A stretch of 64,000 bases of DNA, from contig NC_042999.1 in NCBI RefSeq assembly GCF_006345805.1, positions 69,812,001 to 69,876,000 on the forward strand, in the 5' to 3' direction. Source of the stretch: Octopus sinensis (taxonomy: Eukaryota). The position numbers and the translations under genes are program-made. Position 1 is the first letter of the stretch. Each line of letters begins with the position of its first letter. Positions 49,790 to 62,370 of the stretch are shown one piece after another. The notes under the pieces were generated by a model. It searched no databases, was not told the origin of the DNA, and saw nothing but the letters and a program-made list of their open reading frames with translations.

Positions 49790-50187
49790 AGTCGCATAAT
49801 AATTGTTTCTGATTTATTATTCGATAACATTGACCTCAATAATTCGTAGATACTTTATTTCATCCAGCAGGATGAAAGGTAGAGATGAGTTCGGCGGGAT
49901 TTGAACTTAGAACGTAAGTAAAAAAGAATACCTCAAAGCATTTTGACCGTCAGCTCGCTGCTTTAATAATAACGGTTTTAAACTGTGACACAAAACCAAC
50001 AATTTTTGGGGAGGGATTAAGTCGATTACATTAACCCTGGTCCTAAACTGGTACTTATTTCATCGATTCGAAAGGATGAAAGGCAAAGTTGACCTCGGCG
50101 GAATTTGAACTCTGAACGCAAAGACAGACGAAATACCTCTAAACATTTTCCCTGGCATGCTAACGATTCTACCAGCTCGTCGCCTTC
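49790..50187 (-). mobile_element. Two head-to-tail SINE family B copies
   Basis: Family B pattern separated by (AAT)n. Confidence 0.75.
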
Positions 50188-50229
50188 GCAGCCCTAACAA
50201 TACAGAATGTTTCAAATTTTGGAGCAAGG

Positions 50230-52250
50230 AAGGCGGCGGAACGATCTTCCCAATGGACTCAGCTAATAGCCGGATCCTACACGCCGCAGCAGGTGTTCAA
50301 CATATCTCCACTAGATAGCAATACACGAAAACCGGACGAATGCGTGCAGGACGGTTTCTCCACTGCGTACATTTCGGGCAGGCCCGGCTGACGGCACTTC
50401 CATACCTGTAAATTATCTCGAACCGGCGATGGCCCGTTAGTATTGCCAAGCCAAGGATTTTTGGAAATCCTTTTTATAGGCTTTGTCCCAAAAGTTATTT
50501 GTAACACACCATGACTCTTGTCGATGCCCGGAGCTTTTTTAAGAACAGCATCATTCTTTCCCGCTACTTACCCTCTACAGACCGCCATAGTGCAACTTTT
50601 ACCGACCTCACCGCCCAACTGGCTGAGAGCTGTCAATCCCCAACAAGACTAGGTGTCAGCTGCCCTGCTCACCGTCAAAGAAACACTAGAGATGTAGCGT
50701 CTCCTTGATGGTGCAGTCTCAGCTCAAGCTTGTGCATTATCAGCCACAATATGCCCAGCCCTCCTCCCGCTGCTGACAACAAATAGAGCGCCTGACCAGT
50801 AGAATGAATCTCTTCCATAGAAAGTGGAAGATCAGACCCTCCAATGCACTGAGACGTGAACTGGAGAAAAGCTCGAAGGCCTGGCGGTAATATATGGCGT
50901 AAGTGATGTAAGTATTCGCCATGTCTGCCCGGGATTTTAGAGAGCTTTCTCTTTTCTGAGTGAGCTTGGCCATGCCACTTGTTCCCTCGTCCCAGTTCTC
51001 CACTTGGACATCCGGACCTAACCAAACTCAACAATTTGACCAGTATGGCAGTGCAATGCTCCTCTGCTCCTCGATGCTGTTGGATGGCATCGATGTGCCT
51101 CTCCAGGTACCGAGTCGCGCGCTCACTAATATTTTGCTCCTTCCCTTACCTTGTAGTCCCTTCGAATGATACCTATCACCTTGATGTCCGACTCTATGAT
51201 GGTGACGTCGTCCATGTATACTAAGCTGGCTCTTTCACACCCCTCTTTCACGCAGTATGTCCCTCAACGTCTCTAGTTTCCGCAGTAGGTCTCTAGAACC
51301 TGTACATGCAAAAGACGGGAGGGGAAAACCTAAAAGGGATAGGGTGCGCGATACTGAATAATTTTAATAGGTGGCTATTCATCCTAACCACCACATAGAT
51401 GTCGCTGTATACTGTGGCAAGCCAATTTCAGAAAACGGAACCGAAACTGGACGCCGTGAGAATAGCTGTCAAGCAGCAGACCCTATCGAAAGCTTCTTAT
51501 TGATCTAAACTCACGGCAAGTTCCTTACTCACCCTCTCTATGACGTATCACATGGGGTGGAGGTTGTCGTGAATTGATCTGTTTGGGATAGTGCATGTCT
51601 GTGTATCATCAATCAGACCATCGACGACAAACGCCAACCACTTTGCAAATACCTTGACCAAAATTCTGAAATTTGCGTTTAACAAGGTTATGGACCAAAA
51701 ATTTGTTTGGGTCTTTTGTCAGAACAAGGATATGTATCTACCAAAGAGTCTCCGAACAAGACTGGCATACAAAAATAAGACTCGTAGAGCAGACCATTCA
51801 AAGTAGATGATTTGCTTCCGTGCAGCCAATCATCGCTTCCCGTATAACCGCTACTGTAATGAGCTTTGCGCAACACTCCACCTCTCTCGTCGAGAGTTGC
51901 GACAAGACATTAAAGTGGGCATTGAAATCCATCCTGCGTTCCGGCTTGCTATTCGTACTGAACAGTCGACCTAAGTGCTACTGAAAAACCGAACACATCT
52001 ACCTGTGGTCGAGTAATACGCAGCCATGATGGTCTGCCAAGGCCGAATTGTGCTTTGTTGTCACGTTACGCCTCTATCACTGGAGCCCATCAAGTGGTTT
52101 TTGCACCATCGTGCCTTTACAGCACGCACCTTAGTTTTGACATTACAAGTTTTTCTCAATGATGCGTAGATTTCATAGTCATCAAAACTGAGCGTCGTAG
52201 CGCGTGTCGGAAGTCCTTGTTTTACTAGTGGCTATCCTTAACTAGTATCC
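50230..52250 (-). mobile_element. Tx1/L1-like LINE ORF2 pseudogene (RT and downstream region)
   Basis: ILVKVFAKWLAFVVDGLIDDTQTCTIPNRSIHDNL...LDQ*EAFDRV; LVYMDDVTII at ~51195-51227; SLKSRA...FHFLWK...LVRRSICCQ. Confidence 0.8.
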
Positions 52251-53700
52251 TGAGGTCAATGAGCAGGCACCCCTTCTTCCGAGACGCATACTTTTATGCA
52301 ACCCACTCTTAGAGCTGCCATGGTGTAGGAAAGGAAAGAAGAATAAAAGGGGGTCACCTGTCTTAATGATTTTTCTGTAAGCAATTGGGTCTGTGAAAAT
52401 CCCTTCTCTGAGCGGCGTTTCCTTAAGTAACCTGATGCTGGGGTTTCCCGTGTAATGTGGGAAAGTTTCATTTCCCTATATTAGCAGCCTTACCAGTTTC
52501 AAGTCCCCGGGGGATTTCATTGCACTTTTATGGCAGTTCTAGCTTCAGTCTCTATGGCTCCCTTCGTGCTATGTAAGATAACAGTTCTATATCTTCTTTA
52601 TCGCATAAAATTGACTCTTAAGTGCGATTTCTTCTTCTTGTTTTGAGTCGAGGTGTGGATTTAGTTGGTTTTGATATTGTTCTGGTTGTTGATTGGTTGT
52701 GTGTTTGTTGTTGTTTCGTTTGTGTTTTCCATTTTTATTGCTACAAGTGGAGGTGGTGGTAGTGATGGTGCATGTGTTGATGTGGGTTCAAAGGGCGATG
52801 CTGTTTTGTGTTTTGTTGCTTTTTCTTCTGGTTTTCTCCGATTTTTTTTTATCATGAACCTACACTTGCACGTCACAAGAGGTTGTATGGTCGGAAATTC
52901 TGACTTGAACGGGAGCAGATATGTTTTCTTGTATGTATGTTGGTGTTTGTGCATATCATAGTCGGAGGAAGAAGAGGAAGAAAAGAAAGGGCTTCTTTCA
53001 GTTTCCGTCTACCAAATCCACTCTCAAGGCTTTGGTCCGCCCGAGGCTGTAGTAGAAGACACTTGTCCAAGGTGCCACGCAGTGGGACTAAACCCGGAAC
53101 CATGTGGTGATATTTTCACTCCAACTTTGCTACTGTTGCTACTGCATCTGTTGTTCCACGCTGTTGTTGTTGTCGAAGCGGTGTTATCGGTAGCAGTGAG
53201 GTCCACCTTTCTCTTTATCCGTGTTGTTTGTGTAAGCATAATAACCTGAGATAGTCGATTATTCCACGCACATGGCAACTCCGTCTTCTGCCATTCACAA
53301 TAACTCACAGCTCCGCCCCATTTGCCAGAAAGATGATGTCTGGGACCTTTTTCAGATATTCAGAATTTACATGGAGAAGGCCCAGCAACACATCATTTGC
53401 CTACAACACGACACAGCAGAATCCACCAAAAATCATGCCACGAGCGCTTTCTAAAATAGTTAGGGAAAACAGCAAAATCATCACTGTGGTGGTTGACCGC
53501 TGTGTGTTGTACTCCGAAGGCCTAAGTTGTAATGGTTTTTCTGTAGGCAATTAGTTGTATGGAAATCCCTTCACTGAGTGGCGCTTTCTGAAGTAGCCTA
53601 TTCGATATCGTGATGTTGGGGTTTTTATTGTAATGTGGGAAAGTTTCATTTCCCCAGATTTACTTTATTGGCAGCTTTAACGTCGAACGACATTGTCTTA
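52250..53700 (-). mobile_element. Tx1/L1-like ORF1 fragments (two homologous pieces) interrupted by a SINE A head at 52988-53110
   Basis: GGAAAGTTTCATTTCCC-containing segment occurs twice (~52460, ~53638); VPDIIFLANGAEL*VIVNGRRRSCHV resembles a degenerate zinc-knuckle region. Confidence 0.5.
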
Positions 53701-53927
53701 GATATATGCTAGATGTTCTATCATACATCGAGGAGGGTCCTTTTCTACTTGTGTATCCGTGGTCGCCTCCAGTGTACATTGCAAGCCCAAGGTATGCCCT
53801 CTCATTCGGGTCATTGTCTCAATAATAAAACGACGAAGAAGAAGAAGAAGGGAAGAGGAGAAAGAGAATCTGGGTTTTAGAAATTGGCGTATGAAATGAT
53901 AAAGAGTTAGAAAAGTTGTCTACTTAC

Positions 53928-54103
53928 ATTTTAACATGATCCTCAAAGACGGAATAAACATCGTCAACTGTTAAGTTGGTATTGTATTCTAAGTATAAAA
54001 GCACACTTGCTTCAATTCCAGAGTCATTATTGAGAGGTGAAATATCAATTAAAGAGCTTGACTGATAACCCAAATTATTGTTTGCAAAATATATGGAATC
54101 TAT
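53928..54103 (-). CDS. Internal exon, probably part of a SEA-like extracellular domain (176 bp, phase 0-2)
   Basis: IDSIYFANNNLGYQSSSLIDISPLNNDSGIEASVLLYLEYNTNLTVDDVYSVFEDHVK; strong acceptor (T)nCTTGCAG|ATA and donor AT|GTAAGT; open frame; SEA assignment is by residue pattern only. Confidence 0.7.
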
Positions 54104-54673
54104 CTGCAAGAAAAAAAAAAATGATATTTAAAAATTTTTTTTTCCTTTGTTTAAAAACGAAATTAAATTCAAATAACAAAATAAATCTATCACAACTCAA
54201 GAAATAGTAATTTTGATGTAAGTTATCGAGATTGCACTCACAATATGACATGCATAAAATGATGGTTTGGCAGAATCGTTAGGACGCCAGACAAATTGTC
54301 TTGCGGTATTTTTTCACGGCCCTTTAAATTCTGTGACCAAATTCCAAAGCTGGCTTTGCATTTCGTCCTTTTCAATCAAGTACTAGAATCTATACAATCT
54401 GCAATATGGCTCCCTCAAGACTGAAACATTCAGTCTATGTTAGACATCATTATGTTACAGTTCACTTTCCGTTGAGATTTCTCGGAAATTTACTTCACCC
54501 TCCAAGGGTTCGATAAAATGAGTTCCAGTCAAGTATTGTGACCAATTTAATCGATCATACCCTTTTCCTGAAAATTTATGGTCTTGCCCTGTGTCTAAGT
54601 TACAAATCAATATATCAACAGTATTTACATTATTTGTGTTCGACGGATATTTGTCCTCATCTTTTTTGTTGTT

Positions 54674-54719
54674 AACACAACATTTCGGTTGATATTCCCT
54701 CCAGTCTTCATCAGGTGTC
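54674..54719 (-). ncRNA. Degenerate type I hammerhead motif (left arm)
   Basis: GACAC-CTGATGA-A-GACTG-(10 nt)-CAACC-GAAA-TG-TT-GTGTT; core intact, stems II and III carry mismatches. Confidence 0.55.
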
Positions 54720-54788
54720 ATGGGGGAAATTTTGAACCTGGGTTCTCATTCCTAAGGTATTTCTCGATGTTATTATTATTATTATTAC

Positions 54789-54820
<32 letters not shown>

Positions 54821-55039
54821 TCACTGCTTGTAATGGAACTTGGAATCTTGGGGCTAGTAGCCCGCGCACTTAACCACTACGCCCACGGGCATATGGCGTA
54901 GTGGTTAAGAGCGCGGGCTACTAACCCCAAGATTCCGAGTTCGATTACAAGCAGTGACCTGAACAACAACAACAATAATAATAATAATAACATCGAAGAA
55001 TACCTTAAGAATGAGAACCCAGATTCGAAATTTCCCCAA

Positions 55040-55085
55040 GACACCTGAAGAAGGCTGGAGGGTATATCAGCCGAAACGCTGTGTT
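55040..55085 (+). ncRNA. Type I hammerhead motif (right arm), one substitution at U16.1
   Basis: GACAC-CTGAAGA-A-GGCTG-(10 nt)-CAGCC-GAAA-CG-CT-GTGTT; the two-arm consensus gives palindromic stem III ACGT and a GUU triplet. Confidence 0.6.
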
Positions 55086-55699
55086 AACAACAAACAAGAT
55101 GAGGACAAATATCCGTCGAATGTAAATAATGTACATAATTCCTCATCTCTTAAATATAGAACCAATATATCAACAGTTTATACACTCCATCATGCAATAT
55201 TTGGTTAATTGTTGGCGCTGTTATTCTTCAGACACTAACTCTGTCTCTTTTGTGCTCAGCATTGTCCTGTTGACATTTGATCAAAACTTTTCAGTCAGAA
55301 CCATCCCATCTCTAATTTTTCAAACCTGAAGTACCTTGGACTACATTATCCTCACATTTTAAAGTCGGTAGAATGTGATTTGAGGGACGACTGGCTGTTA
55401 TTTCTAGCAGGTTAGATGGCTACATAGAAGCTCCTCTTACTGGCACGTGTAGCTACATTTAATTGTGAAAGACATAACTGAAGCTGACTGCAAATATAAT
55501 TCTATTTCCCTATGAGCAGTATTTTAGTGATTACTTTCAACTGGCTTTTAGCGTACGCGTCTAAGTTGGAAGAGACAATATTGATCACGTGCTTTCATCT
55601 GCTTCTCCGCAGAGTTGATACGCACCTTTTGTTAGTATTGATAAGGTCACACAGTCTGTGAGGAAAGGATTGATTTATTAATTAGCTTACAAGTTAACT

Positions 55700-56033
55700 A
55701 ATTATAATAATGGTTTCAAAGTTTAGCACAAGGCAAGTAAGTTCAAGGGAAGCGGGTTAGTCGTTTACATCGACCCCAGTGCCAAACTGGTACTTATTTT
55801 ATCGACTCCTAAAGGATAAAAGGCAAAGTCATCCACGGCGGAATTTGAACTCAGAAGGCGCGCTAACGATTCGGTTAACTCGCTGCCTTAGTGGTAAGTA
55901 GCTTGCTTACGAACCACATGGTTCCCGGTTCAGTTCCACCGCGTAGCACCTTGGGCAATTGTCTTCTACTATAGCCTCGGGCCGACCAAAGCCTTGTGAG
56001 TGGATTTGGTAGACGGAAACAAAGAAGCCCGTC

Positions 56034-56113
<80 letters not shown>

Positions 56114-56920
56114 TTGTCCCCCTAACATCGCTTGATAACCAATGCTGGTATGTTTACGCCCCCGTTATTTAGCGGTTCGGCAAAAGAGACCGATAGAATA
56201 AGTCCTGGGGTCGATTTGCTCGACTTAATGCGGTGCTCCAGCATGGTCACAGTCAAAATGACAAACAAGTAAAAGAGTAATAGTTTCAAATTTTGGCACA
56301 GGGCCGGCAGTTTTCCAGGGGTGGGGAAGTCGATTACATTGACTCCAGTGAGCAAGTAGTACTTATTTCAACAACCCCGAAAAGATGAAAGACAAATTCA
56401 ACTTCGACGAAATTTGAAGTTAAAGAGTCGAAAGAAATGCCACTTTTTGTTCGATGCGCCAACAATTCTGCCAGCTCGTAAAATACAATCAGTGATACAA
56501 CAACTGTTTCAACACAGAATTTCACACAAAGAATCTTGTAAAATATTTCAAAGACAAAATTACCAACTACATGATTCCAGATTCAGTCCCACTGCGTAGG
56601 ACCTTGGGCAAGTGCCTTCTACTATAGCCGACCAAAGCCTTGTGAGTGGATTTGATAGACGGAAACTGAAAGAAGCCCGTCATATATATGTATATATGTA
56701 TGTGTGTGTGTGCATATGATTGTGTATCTGTGTGTCCCCCCAACATTGCTTGACAACCGATGCTGGTGTCCCCGTAACTTAGCGGTTCGGCAAGAGAGAC
56801 CGATAGAATAAGTACTAGGCTTACACAAAGAATAAGTCCTGGTGTCGATTTGCTCGACTAAAGGTGGTGCTCCAGCATGGCCACAGTCAAATGACTGAAA
56901 CAAGTAAAAGAGTAAAGAGT
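55700..56920. mobile_element. Cluster: SINE B (55700-55890,-), SINE A (55891-56281,+), SINE B (56282-56480,-), SINE A (56580-56920,+)
   Basis: Family A and B patterns as above. Confidence 0.8.
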
Positions 56921-57304
56921 GTGTGCGTATCTACGTGCGTGTGTACATGCGTGCTTGCACGTGTGCATGCAGCTCGTGGTGATGAAAACGACACTGCTTA
57001 GTCTTTGTAAATCTTTTACATTCATGCAGTAGGGACTTATTGTTTAGGCCAAAGCTTTCAACCGTGTCCGAGCAGTTTTATGGTCAAAGGCTTTCCAACC
57101 GAGACCTTCCCAACTTTTTGGAGATTATCTAAAACTACACTATCTAATGTGTTCCTTGAAGCAAATGGCGGTAGATATGAAGTCTACCTCCTTTTTTCAT
57201 GAAAGCCATGAGCATTGAATCATTACATACCATCGTTTGCACATGGTTACGTACCATCGCTTGTCGTGTAAAAATCTTGTGGTTTTCGAAAGAATCATAT
57301 TACA

Positions 57305-57935
57305 AATATGTTTCTTTATTAGCCACACAGGGCTGAACACAGAGGGGACAAATTACAAAGTAGAGCTTTTCTTTTTGGGGAGAAAAAGAAAAAAAGGGTT
57401 CAGGATTTCGATCAAAAGGAATCGTAAAAAGGCAAGAAAAAAAACGACCAATAGGGATGTCATAATGTAAAGTGTAAAGGGGGAAGCAGATAAGATTTAT
57501 CCGTGGAAAAAAAAAAACCCTACGGAAAAGACCACGGTAACCTCGGTCAATAATGTCACATGTTAACATTTATTTGCAAGTAAGTAACTCTCTGTTTAAA
57601 ATTTTTCCTGGTTCATAGGATTATGCTCAAGGTGGCTTCGTCATTCATACGTGCCCTCCTTGCTACATTCACCCATCTTGTTTTGAAACATTCGCTAGAC
57701 AAAACTTGCTTATCTACTCTCGCTTTCTTTTTCAAGTGATACTTGAAGAAGTTGATGAGAGATTGACCAGAGAGGAAAGTGTTTGTCTCTAATCCTTTCA
57801 GACGCGTCCACCAGATGCAATATTACAAATAATATTGTTAATATAAATGGCTGTGATATCCTCAAGTTCATTGCCGCAATAGCATCACGCATGATCGTTT
57901 ATGAGAGTCACCTTGTTGCTATTGGGAAGCTCTAG
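57305..57935 (-). mobile_element. Tx1/L1-like LINE 3' end (ORF2 C-terminus and 3' UTR)
   Basis: Minus frame WWTRLKGLETNTFLSGQSLINFFKYHLKKKARVDKQVLSSECFKTRWVNVARRARMNDEATLSIIL*; T-rich UTR ending GTGTTCAGCCCTGTGTGGCTAATAAAGAAA. Confidence 0.65.
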
Positions 57936-58384
57936 ATCTGCCTAGATTAGTGTTCCTCAACTACCTTTTACCTATAGAACCCTTTGATTTCAATATTACT
58001 CGGGTAGACCCTCTTAGCCATTCAATTTTTTTAAATCCTATTATATTTTTGTAATTATTATCAGGAATTATATAAAAATGATTATTAAAATATTTTGGGC
58101 ATTATAGAAATATAACCAACTTATTGGAGTTATAAATTTTAACAAAACATTGCATGGACTCCTATGGGCCATATGGATCCTGGTTGAGAATCACGTAATT
58201 CCTGTTGAGTTTGCATTTACACTTGGTTTCTGGCTAAAATTGGTATATTGATTTCAAAACTACTGTCAGTTATCTACCGTGTCAAGTTTGTTTCTCTACA
58301 GTTAACTCTGAGAATAAGCACACTTGTTGCATTGTTTGTCCGGAAGTAATAAGGCTGGTCAGCTGCTTCTATTACCTTACTCTG

Positions 58385-58773
58385 TTACTTGTTTCAGTCA
58401 TTTGACTGCGGCCATACTGGAGCACCGCCTTTAGACGAGCAAATCGATCCCAGGACTTATTCTTTGTAAGCCTAGTACTTATTCTATCGTCTCTTTTGCC
58501 GAACCGCTAAGTTACAAGGATGTAAACACACCAGCATCGGTTGTCAAGCGATGTTGGGGGGGGGGACAAACAGACACACAAACATATATACACACACACA
58601 TATATATACATATATACGACAGGCTTCTTTCAGTTTCCGTCTACCAAATCCACTCACAAGGCTTTGGTCGGACCGAGGCTATAGTAGAAGACACTTGCCC
58701 AAGGTGCCACGCAGTGGGACTGAACCCAGAACCATGAGGTTCGTAAGCAAGCTACTTATCACACAGCCATTCC
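58385..58773 (-). mobile_element. SINE family A, full length
   Basis: Family A pattern. Confidence 0.85.
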
Positions 58774-59204
58774 TCCGCCTTATTGATAATTATCAATGAT
58801 TGATTATAATCAATCATATTTCAGCTATGTCCATCGTATATTATTTTTTCCAATGTATTTTTCCTTTTTTTTAAAAGCAGTTGAGTGTGATTTTCTGAAT
58901 AATTAGCTGCTGTTTTTTTTAACTCGCCGTATAATCACACAGATGCTTTCTCATTGGTCCGTTATGTTCCAAGTGGTAAGGGTTTGGGGTAAGGAGAATG
59001 ATTGCTCACTCATGGTTATCTTTGCCAATGAATCATCAAAGATTGAGACGGACGAACTTCATAAAATATCAAAATTATATTTTTATGAACACTTATGTAC
59101 GGCTGTATTGAGATATAAAGCTCGACGATATTGCTGGATTTATATTCGCCATCCTATTTGTAATTGGATTTCTTCGGAAAACACAAAATTTTTGAAGGGA
59201 AATG

Positions 59205-59705
59205 ATTAGTCGATACAATCTCACTCAGTACATGACTGGTATTTTACTTTATCGTATCTCAGGGAATGGAAAGCAAAAATTGACCCCGATGGGATTAGCA
59301 CTTCGAACGTAAAAAACTGGAAGAAATACCTATTTCTTTACCGCCCACAAGGGGCTACACACAGAGGGGACAAACAAGGACAGACAAACGTAACTGTTAC
59401 TTATTTAATCGACCCCGAAAGGATGAAAGGTAAAGTCGACCTCGGCGGAATTTGAACTCAGAACGTAGCGGCAGACGAAATACCTATTTCTTTATTACCC
59501 ACAAGGGGCTAAACACAGAGGGGACAAACAAAGGTATTAAGTCGATTACATCGACCCCAGTGCGTAACTGGTACTTAATTTATCGACCCCGAAAGGATGA
59601 AAGGCAAAGTCGAACTCGGCGGAATTTGAACTCAACGTAACGTAAACGAAATACCGTTAAGCATTTCGCCCGAAGCTCTAATGGTTTTGCTAATAAACCG
59701 CCGAC
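59205..59705 (-). mobile_element. SINE family B tandem array with Tx1-like tails
   Basis: TACCTATTTCTTTA marker at 59327 and 59481. Confidence 0.8.
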
Positions 59706-60564
59706 TTCAGAATTAAAAAAAAACAACAATTGGATGTTACAATACGCTATTCGGGGTTTAACCAAATAAGATTTTTTTTTTCCTGTTGGAGGCTTTGTTA
59801 TTATCTTTAACTAAGTAAGAGATGTGAAACAGTAACAACCAGAAATTAAACTTGTTTCATATCTTGTTTACCAAAAGTTCACACTTCAACAGTGTGCATC
59901 ACTGTAATATATTTATTTCTTCTGATTGTCTATATTTGATTCCACAAACGCTTCAAAGTTATTTTAGTGTATATACTCTTGGAAATAAAAGAGCCACTTA
60001 TGTTGTTGTTTCAACGCTTCACTGATTGCTGCTGTGATTAGAAAAACAAGATTCCCAAAGCAGTGTAGAACCGCATTATCTCTGTAACATGTCAGCATCG
60101 GCTAAAACCGGATGCTGTCAGAATTTAAAATTGAACATAAAATGTATATTTCATTTAACCGCCAGTGCCTCTCACCTTGCACGTCTACACTCGCCACAGT
60201 ACTGTATGAAATGTCTTTTTCGTTGGCCTCCCAGAAGTAAACAAAGTTCTGTATCGCAATTCCCCAGGGTTTTAATGTTTAATCTACAACAGCTTGGTTT
60301 CTGCCTCGTTGATGCTTGCTATGATAAAATAGAAACTTTTTGGAGGTTTGGTGGTTTCATTTGCGAATTTCAAATGCCGTTTGTGAAAAATGCCGCCAGC
60401 TTTATGGCTGGTTTCAAGAATGAACTTCTTGTAGTAAATTTTGTGAACAATAGGGTCATTAATTGGAAGAAAAAAGAATAAAAAGAAATGACTATCAACA
60501 AACACACACGCACAAACTAAAAGTGTATGTACACGACTGAGCCGAAGTAGTATTCAAATATAGA

Positions 60565-60785
60565 TTAATAATAATAATAATGTTTTCTACTGGAGGCACA
60601 AGGACTCATATTTGTGAGGAAGGGACTGGTCGACCCTAGTGTTTCACTGGTACTTAATTTATCGACCCCGAAAGAATAAAAGGCGAAGTCGACCTCGGTG
60701 GAATTTTTAACTCAGAACGTAGCGACGGACGAAATACCGCTAAGCATTTCGTCCAGCGTGCTAACGATTCTACCAGCTCACCGCC

Positions 60786-60829
<44 letters not shown>

Positions 60830-61225
60830 CCTTTCTACTAAAGGCACAAGGTCTGAAAATTTGCGGGGAGAGGACTAGTCGATTACAGCGACCCCAGTAT
60901 TTCACTGGTACTTAATTTATCGGCCCCCGAAAGAATGAAGTCAACTTCACCAGAATTTGAACTCAAAACGTAAAGAGCCGAAACAAATACCACGAAACAT
61001 TTTTTTCCGATACTCTAACGATTCTGCCAATTTGTCATCCTTAATGATGATTGATTTTGATCGATTCAATTATATCGCTTTCAGTAATTGACTGGTGCTT
61101 TATTTTATCAACTCTGAAAGGTAAAATTGAGCTCTTTGGAATATGAACTCAGAACGTAAAGAATCAGAAAGTAATGCCTCAAGGCAGTTTGTTCAACGCT
61201 CATATGATGCTGCCAATTCAATAAT
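60565..61225 (-). mobile_element. Three head-to-tail SINE family B copies
   Basis: Copies at ~60565-60787, 60788-61042 and 61050-61225, separated by (AAT)n/(GAT)n. Confidence 0.8.
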
Positions 61226-62370
61226 AATGATTATTTTTAAAATGGGCAAATGATTAGGAATTAGGAAGCAAAGCTGACAGTACCGCATTTTAGAATTTAT
61301 TTAACGCACCTCAGTCTGATTTATAGCATATTTTACAATGACGAGACACAAAACCTTAACTTCATTTGTAGGAAGAGGCTACGCAGTTTTTTCTTCCTAA
61401 CATACGTGGTCTTCATGCCTTGTGAAATAAACCGACATTCGTATTTAATGGCAATCGGATCAGGAACATCGCACTCAGAGTCATTGAGATATAAAAGCCA
61501 TTACGCCGCAACAAGGACTGAACCTTGAGGTGATTTACATTTCTGACTAAACCATAAAAAGAGGGAAAAAAAACTTCAGTTAACAATTTACTTATAAGCT
61601 ATTAGAGGGTTAAGTCTAGAGAAATACGTCAACGATTCTGTTAAGAGACACACTTACTAACAAAATATTTTATCTATGTCTAGTACGATCGATCCTTCGT
61701 CAGTTAGTTTCATATCTTATACACTCCCACCTCGGTAACAATAAATAAATCTTTGTTTTTCTATTTATTCCATTTTTTGGAATCGCTAAAACTTAGACTT
61801 CTTCAAAACTAGAACTAAGGATTCGTTAATGCGATTGGTAACAAGTCTTATCTGAACTGAAAGGAAATCCTTAACAATTCTGCTAGTGTTAGTCATTGCT
61901 TTGTGTGCTGAAACCAAAAATAAGTGAAATAGTAGTACCTTTACTCAGTTCTTCAATTGTCAGAAAAGCAACGAGAACACATTATCTTAACGGACCATTA
62001 TGAAAGGCGCCAGCATGTTAAACATATTTCTCTGTAGAAATTCATACAGTCAAACAGCATAAAAGTTCCTATTTTAATTGATACCTTCCAACAGACGAAA
62101 AACTAATTACCATATATTTTCATACGTAGAACAGGAAATGTCTAAATATCAAATCATTTTGCAGAAAAGATTTACTAAGAAAATTGTTCTTGACTTACTA
62201 TTGAATGAAATATTCTCTGATCTTTATTGTCATTCTTTTACTGGTTTCAGGTATTGAACTAGGGCCATGCTGGGGCACTGTATTCAAGAATTTCAGTCAT
62301 TCATATCTACTTCGGGATATATTTCAGTCTGGTATTTATTTTGTCGCTATCCATTAGGTCAAAGTGTTAA

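Larger units (their letters stand above)
54623..55162. mobile_element. Palindromic non-autonomous retroelement: two back-to-back tRNA-like heads, each followed by (AAT)n and a hammerhead motif; 15-bp TSD
   Basis: Arms ~54623-54883 and ~54895-55135 are reverse complements; TSD CAATATATCAACAGT at 54608-22 and 55163-77. Confidence 0.85.

Noticed and set aside
54884-54960. Possible genuine tRNA gene
   Set aside because: The acceptor stem does not close and it is embedded in a TSD-flanked repeat; treated as a tRNA-derived head. The same applies to all SINE heads.
57743-57871. Signal-peptide-like ORF MNLRISQPFILTILFVILHLVDA-SE with a phase-0 donor that could splice to the SEA-like exon
   Set aside because: Another frame of the same bases encodes a Tx1/L1-like ORF2 C-terminus followed by its 3' UTR; the donor (GTATCA) is weak.
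60089-60481. 130-aa plus-strand ORF in non-repetitive sequence
   Set aside because: No recognisable domain, homology or consistent splice signals.
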